The notes: generated by a model not told the origin, from the letters alone. A stretch of 14,464 bases of DNA from an uncultured Clostridia bacterium (GCA_963558405.1 CAUWGC010000025.1:1-14464); one strand, 5' to 3'. Positions 1 through 10,776 are shown, numbered from the stretch's first letter. Numbers and translations are program-made.

Positions 1-575
1 TAGCTTAATGCTTTTGATCTATCTTCTATTCTTTCCATATCTATTTCTATATGTAGATTAGATTCCAAATTAACTATTCTTGCATTAACTAATTTTATAG
101 CATCTTCATAATTTTGAGATTTTTTTCCTTTTGCTCTTCCTATTATTCCTAATGTTTCTATTATATCATCTGAAAAATCTGAAGATATTTCATTAATACT
201 TTCTTTCCAGTTTTCTTCTTTATTTTCTACAATAGCTAAAACTTCTTTTAATCTTGATGCTAAGCCTATATTTTTTTCTCTTTGTCTAATCAATTCTTCT
301 ATTCTTTTTGTATTTTCTTCAAATTGATTTGTTGCATATTCTACCAAACCATAGGCAGCTTTATAAACGCTCTTTGGAAAATTTTTCTTTTTAGGATATT
401 CTATTAGATATGTTTTTATAGATTCTATTAAATCTTTAAAATATGTATCATCTTCTAATTGTATTATTTGTTTTTTATTGTTTGGATTAATCATTTTTTC
501 AATCTTGTCTATATTAGATAAGATTTTTTCTTCTGTAATTACCATTCTTACATTTACGATGCCAGATCTAGACAA
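1..575 (-). CDS. Hypothetical helical protein, partial (runs off the left edge; absent from the ORF track)
   Basis: Manual translation: GGAGG RBS, then TTG at 575, open to the window edge (MSRSGIVNVRMVITEEKILSNIDKIEKMINP...HIEIDMERIEDRSKALS). No family recognised. Confidence 0.85.
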   Translation of the reverse strand, partial: MSRSGIVNVRMVITEEKILSNIDKIEKMINPNNKKQIIQLEDDTYFKDLIESIKTYLIEYPKKKNFPKSVYKAAYGLVEYATNQFEENTKRIEELIRQREKNIGLASRLKEVLAIVENKEENWKESINEISSDFSDDIIETLGIIGRAKGKKSQNYEDAIKLVNARIVNLESNLHIEIDMERIEDRSKALS

Positions 576-669
576 TGTAAAAGCGCCTCCTTTGTTTTAT
601 TTAAGATAATTTTATTTTACATTTTTAGATAAAATTCATCTTAAATCTCTTTCTTTTTATTTCATAACA

Positions 670-699
670 ATTCTATTACAAACTACATATAAATGTCAA
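670..699 (-). promoter_or_regulatory. Sigma-A-type promoter for the 575 gene
   Basis: Minus strand TTGACA-N18-TAGAAT. Confidence 0.6.
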
Positions 700-803
700 G
701 CAAAAAATAAACTTTTTTTAGTTTTTTTCTTACGGAAAGTTAATGCTCAGAAGATTTAACTTATTTGTTAAGCTAGTACTAATAAAATCAGCATTTATTT
801 GTT

Positions 804-1373
804 TTATTTTTTTCTTAATCCTTGTATCATAGATTTTTCTAATTCATGATATAATTTTATTTCATCTATGTCTTTTCCTGATTTTAATTTATATATTAAA
901 CTAGAACATGTTAAAGAAAAAATTTCTGGAGCTACTACTTTTGGGTCTACATCTATTATCTCACCTTTTTTTATACCTTCTGCTATAATTTCCTCTACTG
1001 TATTTATACAGTCAAAAAGAGAATTTCTACATAAAATACTTCTTTTTTCTGTTCCCCATATTTGGCTAAGCAATATACATATAAATTGTTCATATTTTAC
1101 CAATATTTTAATTTGTATTAATACAACAGCTTTTAATTTATCTATTGAATTGGTAAGTTTTGAAGTTTTTATATCTATACTATTTTTTAATAGTTTCATT
1201 CCTTCTTCTACTAAAAAGTTAAAAATCTCTTCTTTACTAGAAAAGTGATAATATAAAGTACCTTTTGCAACTCCCACCGTTGCTGTTATTTCTTCAATAC
1301 TTGTAGCATCATATCCTTTTTCTGCAAATAACTTCATTGAGGTTTCAAATATCTTTCTTTTAGTTTTATTCAT
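804..1373 (-). CDS. TetR/AcrR family transcriptional regulator
   Basis: N-terminal HTH LFAEKGYDATSIEEITATVGVAKGTLYYHFSSKEEIF; 189 aa; AGGAG RBS. Confidence 0.95.
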   Translation of the reverse strand: MNKTKRKIFETSMKLFAEKGYDATSIEEITATVGVAKGTLYYHFSSKEEIFNFLVEEGMKLLKNSIDIKTSKLTNSIDKLKAVVLIQIKILVKYEQFICILLSQIWGTEKRSILCRNSLFDCINTVEEIIAEGIKKGEIIDVDPKVVAPEIFSLTCSSLIYKLKSGKDIDEIKLYHELEKSMIQGLRKK

Positions 1374-1407
1374 TTATTTCTCCTATTTTAATCTTCTAAT
1401 TTTCACT

Positions 1408-1436
1408 ATTATATAATTGTTTTTGCAATTATTCAA
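1408..1436 (-). promoter_or_regulatory. Sigma-A promoter of the TetR gene, with an inverted repeat in the spacer
   Basis: Minus strand TTGAAT-N17-TATAAT; ATAATTG-N6-CAATTAT at 1413-1432. Confidence 0.65.
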
Positions 1437-1452
1437 TAAATTTATAATAGTT

Positions 1453-2253
1453 TTAGATATATTTTAAAATTTTCAACTTAATTCTGCCGCTTTTTGTATT
1501 TCCAATTTCACTATCATAGATATATTTTCCTTTTCCTCTTATAGTAATAATATCTTTTTCTTTTATCTGTTTTGTTAGTTTTGTTTCTATTTTTCCGTTT
1601 ATAAAAACTCTTTCTGAATCAATTATTTGAACCGCTTTGTTTCTTGATGTGCATGCTAGTTCTGAAACTATGTTATCTAAACGGTTAGAAGATATTTGAA
1701 TAATTTTTTCTTCAAATTGTAACTTTTTTTCATTTATTTTATTTATATCTATTTCTTGTATAATGGCATTTTTAAATCTTGTTAAACATGGCAAGTTTGT
1801 TTGCAAAAAGTCTAGTATATTTCTTATTACAATAATATCAGCTTGATTATCTTTAATAATAATATCTCCTATTTTTTTCCTTTCTACACCTAGTTTTAAA
1901 ATTCCTCCTAAATATTCACGATGTTCGTATTTTTCTTTTGGAATAATAATTCTAATAACTGCTATTTTATCTTGTATATATGCTATTTTTTCCTCTTCAT
2001 CTATTTTTCTTTTACTAGGAATAAAAAATATTACTTCTCTTTCTGCTAAATTTCCTCCTCCAAAAGAAAAATATTCTATGCCTTCTTTTTGTTTTAGTAT
2101 TTTATTAATTAATGCTTTTTGATATATATCTAAAAAATCTGTATTTTGCACAATTCCAGTTTTATTAGCTAATTCTATTTTATCTAAAATACTTGCTACA
2201 AGAATTCTTTCTTCTGGATTTTTATAATTTTCTAATATTTTATCTCTATTCAT
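1453..2253 (-). CDS. ylmH: YlmH/Sll1252 family S4-domain RNA-binding protein
   Basis: TDFLD, FGG..AER, HREYLGGILKLGVERKKIGDI, S.RLDNIVS, ITIRGKGK, TKSGRI motifs. ATG at 2253 preferred over TTG at 2268. Confidence 0.88.
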   Translation of the reverse strand: MNRDKILENYKNPEERILVASILDKIELANKTGIVQNTDFLDIYQKALINKILKQKEGIEYFSFGGGNLAEREVIFFIPSKRKIDEEEKIAYIQDKIAVIRIIIPKEKYEHREYLGGILKLGVERKKIGDIIIKDNQADIIVIRNILDFLQTNLPCLTRFKNAIIQEIDINKINEKKLQFEEKIIQISSNRLDNIVSELACTSRNKAVQIIDSERVFINGKIETKLTKQIKEKDIITIRGKGKYIYDSEIGNTKSGRIKLKILKYI

Positions 2254-2258
2254 TTTTC

Positions 2259-4122
2259 TTACTTCCAATTTTTTATTTGCTTAATTATAGAATTAGTATC
2301 TAATCCATATATTTTTTCTATTTCTTCTGTTTTTCCATGTTTAATAAATTCATCTGGATATCCAAAATTTTTTATTCTTACTCCTTGTATGTTGTTTTTT
2401 AATATTATATTTTGAACTGCCATTGCAAGTCCTCCTAATATAACATTATCTTCTATTGTTACAACTACTTTTGTTTTTTTGATAGAATTTACTAACATTT
2501 CTTCATCAATTGGTTTTAAAAATCTTGTATTAATAAGTTCTACTTCTATTCCATCTTTTTCTAATTCTGTTACTATTTCCTTAGCTCTAGCTACCATTTT
2601 TCCTATTGCTATAATTGTTATATCTTTACCAGCTTGTAAAAATTCTGCTTTTCCATACTCTATTTTTCCATGAGAGTAAAATGTTTTTTCACTTTCTCCT
2701 CCTCTTGGATATCTAATAGCTACTGGTTTACCTAAGTTAACTGCAAATTCTAGCATTTCCTCTAATTCTTGAAAATCTTTTGGTGCCATTATAGTTAAAT
2801 TTGGAACAATTTGAAAAAAAGATAAATCTAATATTCCTTGATGTGTTTCACCATCATTTCCAACAATTCCAGCACGATCAACACCTAAAACAACTGGTAA
2901 ATTTTGAATGCAAATATCATGAATTACTTGGTCATATCCTCTTTGATAAAACGATGAATAAATAGGTACAACAGGTTTTAAACCTGCTTTTGCCATACCT
3001 GCAGCCATTCCGAAGTGCATGTTGTTCTGCAATTCCTACATCAAAAAAGCGATTTGGAAATTGTTTTGAAAATTCGGTTAATCCAGTTCCATCTTTCATT
3101 GCTGCAGTAATTGCAACTATTTTTTCATCTTCTTTTGCAAGTTTTACTAATGTTTCTCCAAAAACAGAAGAATAATCTTTCTTTTTTATTTCCTTTGGCT
3201 CACCTGTAATAATATTAAAGCTACTACTACTATGGAATTTATCAGGATTTTGTTCTGCTGGCAAATACCCTTTTCCTTTTTTTGTTATAACATGAATAAG
3301 TACTGGTCCTTCAACATTTTTACTTAATGAAATAATTTGCTCTAATTTTTCAATATCGTGTCCGTCCACAGGTCCTAAATATCTAAATCCAATATCTTCA
3401 AACATCATATTACGAATAATTAGTTGTTTTATTCCATGTTTTATTTTTCTTACACCATAAATAATTCCATTCCCTATAATTGGTAACTTTTTTACTATTT
3501 TACGAATAGATGCATTTGATTTTGTATATAATTTTTTTGCTCTTAACTTACTAAGTGATAATGGTATTCCACCTACATTTTTTGAAATACTCATTCCATT
3601 ATCATTTAAAATAACAGTAAGATTTGTTTTACTAGCGCCTGCATCATTTAATGCTTCTAAAGCCATACCACCCGTTAAAGCTCCATCACCTATTACAGCT
3701 ACAACTTTATTATTATATCCCTTTAAATCTCTTGCTCTTGCCATACCTAATGCTGCTGAAATTGATGTACTACTATGTCCTGTATTAAAGCAATCATATT
3801 CTGATTCTGTTGTTTTTGGAAAACCCGCTATTCCATTTAATTTTCTAATAGTATCTATTTTTTCTTTTCGTCCTGTTAGTATTTTATGTACATAAGTTTG
3901 ATGTCCTACATCCCATATTATTTTATCTTCTGGAGCATTATATACACTATGTAGTGCAATAGTAAGTTCAACAACACCTAAATTAGAAGCTAAATGTCCT
4001 CCATTTTCTGAAACTGTTTGAATTAATAAAGTCCTAATTTCTTCTGCTAAACTTTCTTTTTCTTTTATCTTTAATTTTTTTAAGTCTTCTATACTATTTA
4101 TTTTATCCAATATGCTTTCCAT
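2259..4122 (-). CDS. dxs: 1-deoxy-D-xylulose-5-phosphate synthase, 620 aa when joined by a +1 frameshift at CGG 3010-3012
   Basis: GGHLASNLG, WDVGHQ, GDGALTGG..EALN, NDN and FDVGIAEQHA in the first frame; MAAGMA, YSSFYQRGYDQ, DRAG.VG.DGETHQG and IRYPRG in the +1 frame. Joined junction reads AEQHAL-G-MAAGMA. Confidence 0.95.
3009..3015 (-). other. +1 frameshift site in dxs (CTT C GGA)
   Basis: Minus strand CAT GCA CTT CGG AAT GGC; CGG is codon 371 of the upstream ORF; homology resumes at GGA ATG GCT GCA. Confidence 0.9.
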
Positions 4123-4143
4123 CTTTTAGACTACTCCTTTATT

Positions 4144-4788
4144 TTACACCAAAAACGTTACTAAAATTGATGTTATAATTGGTACTGTTAAATTATCTGT
4201 TCCTTTAATAGATATTGCTTCTATTACTGTAATAATTATACTTAATATTAATGCTTTTAAGTACCATAAATTTATCCCTAAATATGCCAAAAAAACAGAC
4301 AATATTATAAATGAAACAGCAAGCATTGTTGCAGAACCTGCAATTGTTTTTTTAGTTTTTCCAATTAAATATTCATGACTTTTTACAGTTCTTCCAATAA
4401 CACATGCTAATCCATCACCATATCCCATAATTAATATACTTACTAAACCAATTAAAGGATTTTTTATAATTCCAAAAGTATATATTGTCATAAATAATAG
4501 TGAACCAGCATAATATACAGTGCCCAAGCCATCTTGGTTGCTTCTTTCCATTACACTAATAAAGTCCTTTTTGTATGAGTAATAATTAATTATAATAAAT
4601 ATAAATGGTAAAACAGAAGCCCATATAGGATTATCAAAAAATGCCATTGCTATTATCCACCAATTTGATAGCATAATATGAATATATTTCCTACTTGCCT
4701 CTTTTCCTGCTTTTTCAAAAAACTTGGCAGATACTATTATAATTCCAATATATATACAAGAAACTACTATCCCCAACATATTCTTCAT
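4144..4788 (-). CDS. CTP-dependent polyprenol/phytol/dolichol-kinase-like membrane protein
   Basis: SRKYIHI, GTVYY, MGYGDGLACVIG, KKTIAGS and E.IS.KGTDNLTVP motifs; multi-TM; AGGAGG RBS before ATG 4788. Confidence 0.8.
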   Translation of the reverse strand: MKNMLGIVVSCIYIGIIIVSAKFFEKAGKEASRKYIHIMLSNWWIIAMAFFDNPIWASVLPFIFIIINYYSYKKDFISVMERSNQDGLGTVYYAGSLLFMTIYTFGIIKNPLIGLVSILIMGYGDGLACVIGRTVKSHEYLIGKTKKTIAGSATMLAVSFIILSVFLAYLGINLWYLKALILSIIITVIEAISIKGTDNLTVPIITSILVTFLV

Positions 4789-4876
4789 AAAAAAATCCCT
4801 CCTAATATGTTTTTTATCATAACATATTAAAAGAGATTTTTCTACATTTTTCGAAATATTTTGCATTTATAGATTT

Positions 4877-6215
<1,339 letters not shown>

Positions 6216-6307
6216 TTATAACTTTATCCAAATTTTAGGATATGACTTTCATTTTTTTATTTTTTATGTTATAATTAAGTTCCTATAATTTTTTAAGGAG
6301 GGTTTTT

Positions 6308-6493
6308 ATGGACCGCTATTGTAGAAGACATCATATTCCAGTTGACAGACCATGGTGCATAAGACTAATCAACCCTAAGTTTTGTACTGGTTATCAAAAA
6401 CCTGTACCTGTCAAAGTTCGGGTAAAAAGAGCTACCACTCAACGAGTAGTAGTTCGTAGAAGAAACTTTCACCCCGAAAAAAACTTTGACTAA
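6308..6493 (+). CDS. Small Arg-rich basic hypothetical protein (61 aa)
   Basis: AAGGAGG RBS, upstream TGnTATAAT extended -10 (about 6267-6275), terminator straight after the stop. No family recognised. Confidence 0.6.
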   Translation: MDRYCRRHHIPVDRPWCIRLINPKFCTGYQKPVPVKVRVKRATTQRVVVRRRNFHPEKNFD

Positions 6494-6494
6494 A

Positions 6495-6530
6495 AATAAA
6501 GTACCCATTTTTTGGGTACTTTTATTTTTT
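6495..6530. terminator. Bidirectional intrinsic terminator
   Basis: AAAGTACCCA-N5-TGGGTACTTT flanked by A and T runs, between convergent genes. Confidence 0.85.
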
Positions 6531-7223
6531 TAATTCCTCTAATCTTTTATTATATGCTTCCATAACTTCTTTTTCAAAAGCAAGTTTTGGTTCTTCTATT
6601 CCCATTTGCTTTAAAATATATTTTGTAAGTAGTGGGTTTAAAATAAGTATTGGTCCTAATAGATATGTTGCAATTAAATTATTTCTTTGTATTCCTTCTA
6701 ATTTTGATTCTTTATATAACCCGCTTCCTTTTTCAATTATTAAAAAAGGCTCATTTTGGTTATTACCATAACTTTGTGTAAATTGATTTTTAAATCCTAA
6801 AACTTCTATTTCTTCATTTACTTTCATTTTACCAAGTATTATATCATTCCATCTATGCATCATATCTTGTTTTGCATGTGTGTTAAATATTCCTAGTCCT
6901 TCTATTTTTTCTCCATTTTCTTTTTCTATATATTCTCCAAATATTTCTAAACTGTTTCCTGTAAGTAAAAATACTGTATTTGTTTTTATTAATTCTATTA
7001 TACGCTCTTTATAACTCTTAAGTTTTGAAATAGCTCTTTCTTGCATCTTTTCAGTCATTGGTCCTAGATATATAAGATTAACATTTTCTTTTAAAAATAT
7101 TGGTTCTTCATCAAATGATGTCTCTATAAATTCTTCATCTGGTAAACATTTTTGTAAATATTTCATATTAGCTAAATCACCATATAAATTACAAAACTCT
7201 GGAAATAATATTTCAATCTTCAT
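6522..7223 (-). CDS. gatD: GatD/CobQ-like class I glutamine amidotransferase homologue with degenerate active site
   Basis: NLYGD..N, GLG, GF.N and TYL.GP.L..NP motifs; overlaps the upstream MurT-like gene; nucleophile Cys and triad His are absent. Confidence 0.8.
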   Translation of the reverse strand: MKIEILFPEFCNLYGDLANMKYLQKCLPDEEFIETSFDEEPIFLKENVNLIYLGPMTEKMQERAISKLKSYKERIIELIKTNTVFLLTGNSLEIFGEYIEKENGEKIEGLGIFNTHAKQDMMHRWNDIILGKMKVNEEIEVLGFKNQFTQSYGNNQNEPFLIIEKGSGLYKESKLEGIQRNNLIATYLLGPILILNPLLTKYILKQMGIEEPKLAFEKEVMEAYNKRLEELKK

Positions 7224-8610
7224 TTTGTCCTTTTCCTCCTTCTTTTTTTTCTTCTATTCTATGTCTTATTTTCTCTTTTACTTTTTTAGCTAAATCAAAG
7301 GCATAAAGGTCATGTAATATGAAAATCTTATCTATTCCTTCTAACATTACATTGTTTGCAACTTCTTTTTCTTCCCTCATACAGATAATTTTTTCTTCTT
7401 CTATTCCTGCCATTAATAATCTTACTTTATCATCTAAATATCTTGCTCCTCCAACTACAATTTGACATATGTTTTCTTCTTTTAAAAATTCAAAATCTGT
7501 ATCATATAACCAAGTAACATTTTCTGAAGAATTTACTGCTTCATGTAAATCATCTAGTAAAAGAATTACTGCTTTTTTTCCTTCTTCTTTTTTTACATAA
7601 TCAAATACACGTGAGCAAGCAATTGGATTTTGTCCTTTTGCTAAGTGCATAATAACTTTTATTCCATCTATATTCTCTTCTGAAAATCTTGTTTCTACTA
7701 TTTTTAATTTAGATATAGATTTTATTAATTTATCTTCTTCTATTCCAAATTCTTTTAAAACTGTAATCATTGCTAACATATTATAAATATTAATTATGTT
7801 ATTGCTAACTAATGGATATTCTATTTTTTCTTCATTATGTACCAATGTCATATTCATTTTTTCAAAATCTAAATTTGTTACCAAATAATCTACTTTAGGT
7901 GATGCAAAGTCACAGTTAGTACAATGTGCTTTTCCTATATGATTATACCTTACATAATCGTATTCTAATTTATGATTACATTTTGGACAAACAATAATAT
8001 CTCGTACTATATTTTGTGCTTCTTTAGTATCTGTATCCAATCTATTTATACCAAAATATACTCTATCATTGTTTGGAGCTATATTTGATGATATTAAATC
8101 ATCTCCATTTAATATCATTTTTGTATCTTTTGGAATAGCTTCATTTAATATACTAGCTATAAATTCTGTATGTGCATTTCTTTTAATAGAATCACGAAAC
8201 AAGTTTGTACAAACAATATAATTTGGTTTCATATATGGATAAATTTTTTTAGAACTTCTTTCATCAACTTCAAAAACGGCTAACTTCTTTTTTTGCTTAC
8301 CACTTAGGCTTGCTCCATCTATTAAACTGCTTGCTATTCCAGCATTAATATTAGAACCTAATCTATTGTTTAATACTTCAATTTTGTTATCTTCTAATAC
8401 ATCATTAATCATATTACATACAGTAGTTTTTCCATTTGTTCCTGTTACACAAATAATAGTTTCTGGTTTATCAATTTGTCCTATAAAATCTGGACAAATA
8501 GTTACTGCTATTTTTCCTGGTAAATATGTAGCATCCCTTTTTATTATTTTTAATCCTAATTTAACTAACTTTGCTATATAAAAAGCAATATAATATTTAA
8601 TTCGGTGCAT
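7213..8610 (-). CDS. murT: MurT-like Mur ligase (DUF1727 C-terminal domain)
   Basis: VTGTNGKTT P-loop, N..GSN...GI, FEVDE, TNLFRD, LNGDD, CPKC...CTNC zinc ribbon, WLYDTDFE. Confidence 0.88.
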   Translation of the reverse strand: MHRIKYYIAFYIAKLVKLGLKIIKRDATYLPGKIAVTICPDFIGQIDKPETIICVTGTNGKTTVCNMINDVLEDNKIEVLNNRLGSNINAGIASSLIDGASLSGKQKKKLAVFEVDERSSKKIYPYMKPNYIVCTNLFRDSIKRNAHTEFIASILNEAIPKDTKMILNGDDLISSNIAPNNDRVYFGINRLDTDTKEAQNIVRDIIVCPKCNHKLEYDYVRYNHIGKAHCTNCDFASPKVDYLVTNLDFEKMNMTLVHNEEKIEYPLVSNNIINIYNMLAMITVLKEFGIEEDKLIKSISKLKIVETRFSEENIDGIKVIMHLAKGQNPIACSRVFDYVKKEEGKKAVILLLDDLHEAVNSSENVTWLYDTDFEFLKEENICQIVVGGARYLDDKVRLLMAGIEEEKIICMREEKEVANNVMLEGIDKIFILHDLYAFDLAKKVKEKIRHRIEEKKEGGKGQNED

Positions 8611-8624
8611 ATTTTCCCCCTCTT

Positions 8625-8945
8625 TTATCTTTCTTTTTCACTTTCCATAGTTGCTAACATATATAATATGCTTGGTTCTTTTATATCACTTTGTTTTAGT
8701 TCTTTTACTAATTTTTTGTCTTGTTCCATTTTCTGTCTTATAGCTTCTTTTAATGCCACGCGTTCTTTTTCACATATTTCTATTCTTTTTTGGTTTTCTT
8801 CATATTGTTTTATTTCTTCATCCGAAAAAGCTCTTCTTTCATTTGCCACCATTCTATCTATATAAGTATTTCTTGTAGCCAAATCTTTTTGTAGGCTAGA
8901 TATATCACTTATTCTTGCAATCATACTCATAATATTTTTTTCCAT
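8625..8945 (-). CDS. Hypothetical coiled-coil protein
   Basis: E/K-rich helical ORF filling the gap between ldh and murT; ATG at 8945 after an AGGA/GTGG RBS (GTG 8954 is the alternative). Confidence 0.7.
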   Translation of the reverse strand: MEKNIMSMIARISDISSLQKDLATRNTYIDRMVANERRAFSDEEIKQYEENQKRIEICEKERVALKEAIRQKMEQDKKLVKELKQSDIKEPSILYMLATMESEKER

Positions 8946-8966
8946 TTTTACCACATCCTATTTATT

Positions 8967-9917
8967 TTATATAATATCATTTATACTTGTTTTAATCATT
9001 TCTTTTAAAATATTAGCACTATTTTCTAGTTTTTCTTGTTCTTCTTTGGTTAATGGTAATGTTAAAATATCTGTTACACCTTTATTATTAATTAATGTTG
9101 GTACTCCTATATATACATCTTTAATACCATATTCTCCTTGTAAATAAGTAGAAACTGTTAATATTGAGTTTTCATTATTTAAAATTGCTTTAATTATTCT
9201 TGTAAGTGATATACCAATTGCATAATATGTTGCTTTTTTTAGTTTTATAATTTCATAAGCAGCATCTCTTACTCCTTGATAAATTTTATTTAACTGTTCT
9301 TCTGTTTCTCCTCTTTCCTTCATTATTTGAAGTAAACTTTTGCTTCCAACATAACAATGTGTCCATGGAACAAATGAAGAATCTCCATGTTCTCCCATTA
9401 TATATGCATGTATATTTTTACTAGATACAGATAAATATTCACTAATTAGATAACGTAATCTTGCAGTATCTAATACTGTTCCGGAACCTATAACACGACT
9501 TGCTGGAAATCCAGATACTTTTTTAACAACATATGTCATTAAATCTACTGGGTTACTTGCTACTAAAAATATTCCGTTAAATCCACTTTCTACAACTTGT
9601 GTTGTTATATCTTTTATAATTTTGGCATTTTCTCTTGCCAAATCTAATCTTGTTTGATCAGGTTTTTGGGCTAGTCCTGCTGTAATTACTACAATATTAG
9701 CATCCTTACAATCTTTGTATTCTCCAGCATAAATTTCCATCTTGCTTGGTGCAAAAGGAAGTCCATGACTTAAATCCATAGCTTCTCCAACTGTTTTATC
9801 TTTATTAATATCAATTAAAACAAGTTCATCTGCTCCTCCTTGATTTAATAAAGAATATGCCATGCTCATACCAACAAAGCCTGTTCCTACTAATACAATT
9901 TTTCTTTTTTCAACCAT
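8967..9917 (-). CDS. ldh: L-lactate dehydrogenase
   Basis: VGTGFVG Rossmann motif, TAGLAQKPDQTRLDL, SNPVD, GSGTVLDTARLR, GEHGDS, ATYYAIG. Confidence 0.95.
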   Translation of the reverse strand: MVEKRKIVLVGTGFVGMSMAYSLLNQGGADELVLIDINKDKTVGEAMDLSHGLPFAPSKMEIYAGEYKDCKDANIVVITAGLAQKPDQTRLDLARENAKIIKDITTQVVESGFNGIFLVASNPVDLMTYVVKKVSGFPASRVIGSGTVLDTARLRYLISEYLSVSSKNIHAYIMGEHGDSSFVPWTHCYVGSKSLLQIMKERGETEEQLNKIYQGVRDAAYEIIKLKKATYYAIGISLTRIIKAILNNENSILTVSTYLQGEYGIKDVYIGVPTLINNKGVTDILTLPLTKEEQEKLENSANILKEMIKTSINDII

Positions 9918-9918
9918 T

Positions 9919-10582
9919 TTATTTGCACTCCTTTTTTTCTATATTTAAATATTTTTTAGTAAGATATGTATATAACATTAAATATGCAAGAGAAATACAA
10001 AATCCAGCTAATACGTCACTTGCATAATGTACACCTAAATAAATTCTACTTATTCCTATTAGTATAATAAGTAAAGACAATATACTACATATTACCCATT
10101 TTAGGTAAATATTATCCATTTTCTTGTATATTATATATATAAAATATCCATAAAAAGCCATACTTACCATACTATGCCCAGATGGAAAACTAAATCCTGT
10201 TTCTTGAATAAGACGATATAATTCTGGCCTTGGTCTTTCAAATATATTTTTTAGAATAGTATTTAATATAAAAACTATAATTAAATTTAATGTAATACAA
10301 ATTCCGTATTTTTTATTCTTTATTGCTATAAATATAGTAAAACATATTAAAATTACTGTAGTTGCTCCACCGCAAATTTGTAACTACTTTAAAAAAATTG
10401 GTAATTGGTTCAGAAATAAATTTTGATATTTTATCATAAATCAAGTCATCAAATTTGTGTATATCATTTTCAAAAATATTATCTAAAATTATTATTACAG
10501 TAGCAAAACAAATAAATGCTATAATCCATCTTACATTTTTTTTGCTCCATTCTATTATTTTATTTTTTGTATCTTCCATCAT
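9919..10582 (-). CDS. PAP2 family membrane phosphatase, about 220 aa when joined by a +1 frameshift at CGG 10370-10372
   Basis: The +1 frame from 10371 reads GGATTVILICFTIF...KNIFERPRP...GFSFPSGHSM...SRIYLGVHYASDVLAG (all three PAP2 motifs); the upstream ORF supplies the N-terminus ...FFKVVTNL. Confidence 0.9.
10369..10375 (-). other. +1 frameshift site in the PAP2 gene (TTG C GGT)
   Basis: Minus strand ACA AAT TTG CGG TGG AGC; the +1 frame gives GGT GGA GCA ACT, restoring TNLGG. Confidence 0.85.
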
Positions 10583-10776
10583 CTTTTGCTTCCTTTTTAT
10601 TTATATATTACCTAATTTTAATTAGCAAACATATTATAACATATCTTATATAAATATTCATTATTTTTGTAGTAAATACACAAAAAATGTGATATACTTA
10701 TTAAAGTTTAAATTTAAAATAGACATTACCCAAGTCTAATTTTTTCTATGTAATAACAAATATAGGAGTGATTATT

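Noticed and set aside
700-803. Weak inverted repeats downstream of the TetR gene as an ncRNA or terminator
   Set aside because: Stems are short, almost all A/T and imperfect, which is expected by chance at this composition.
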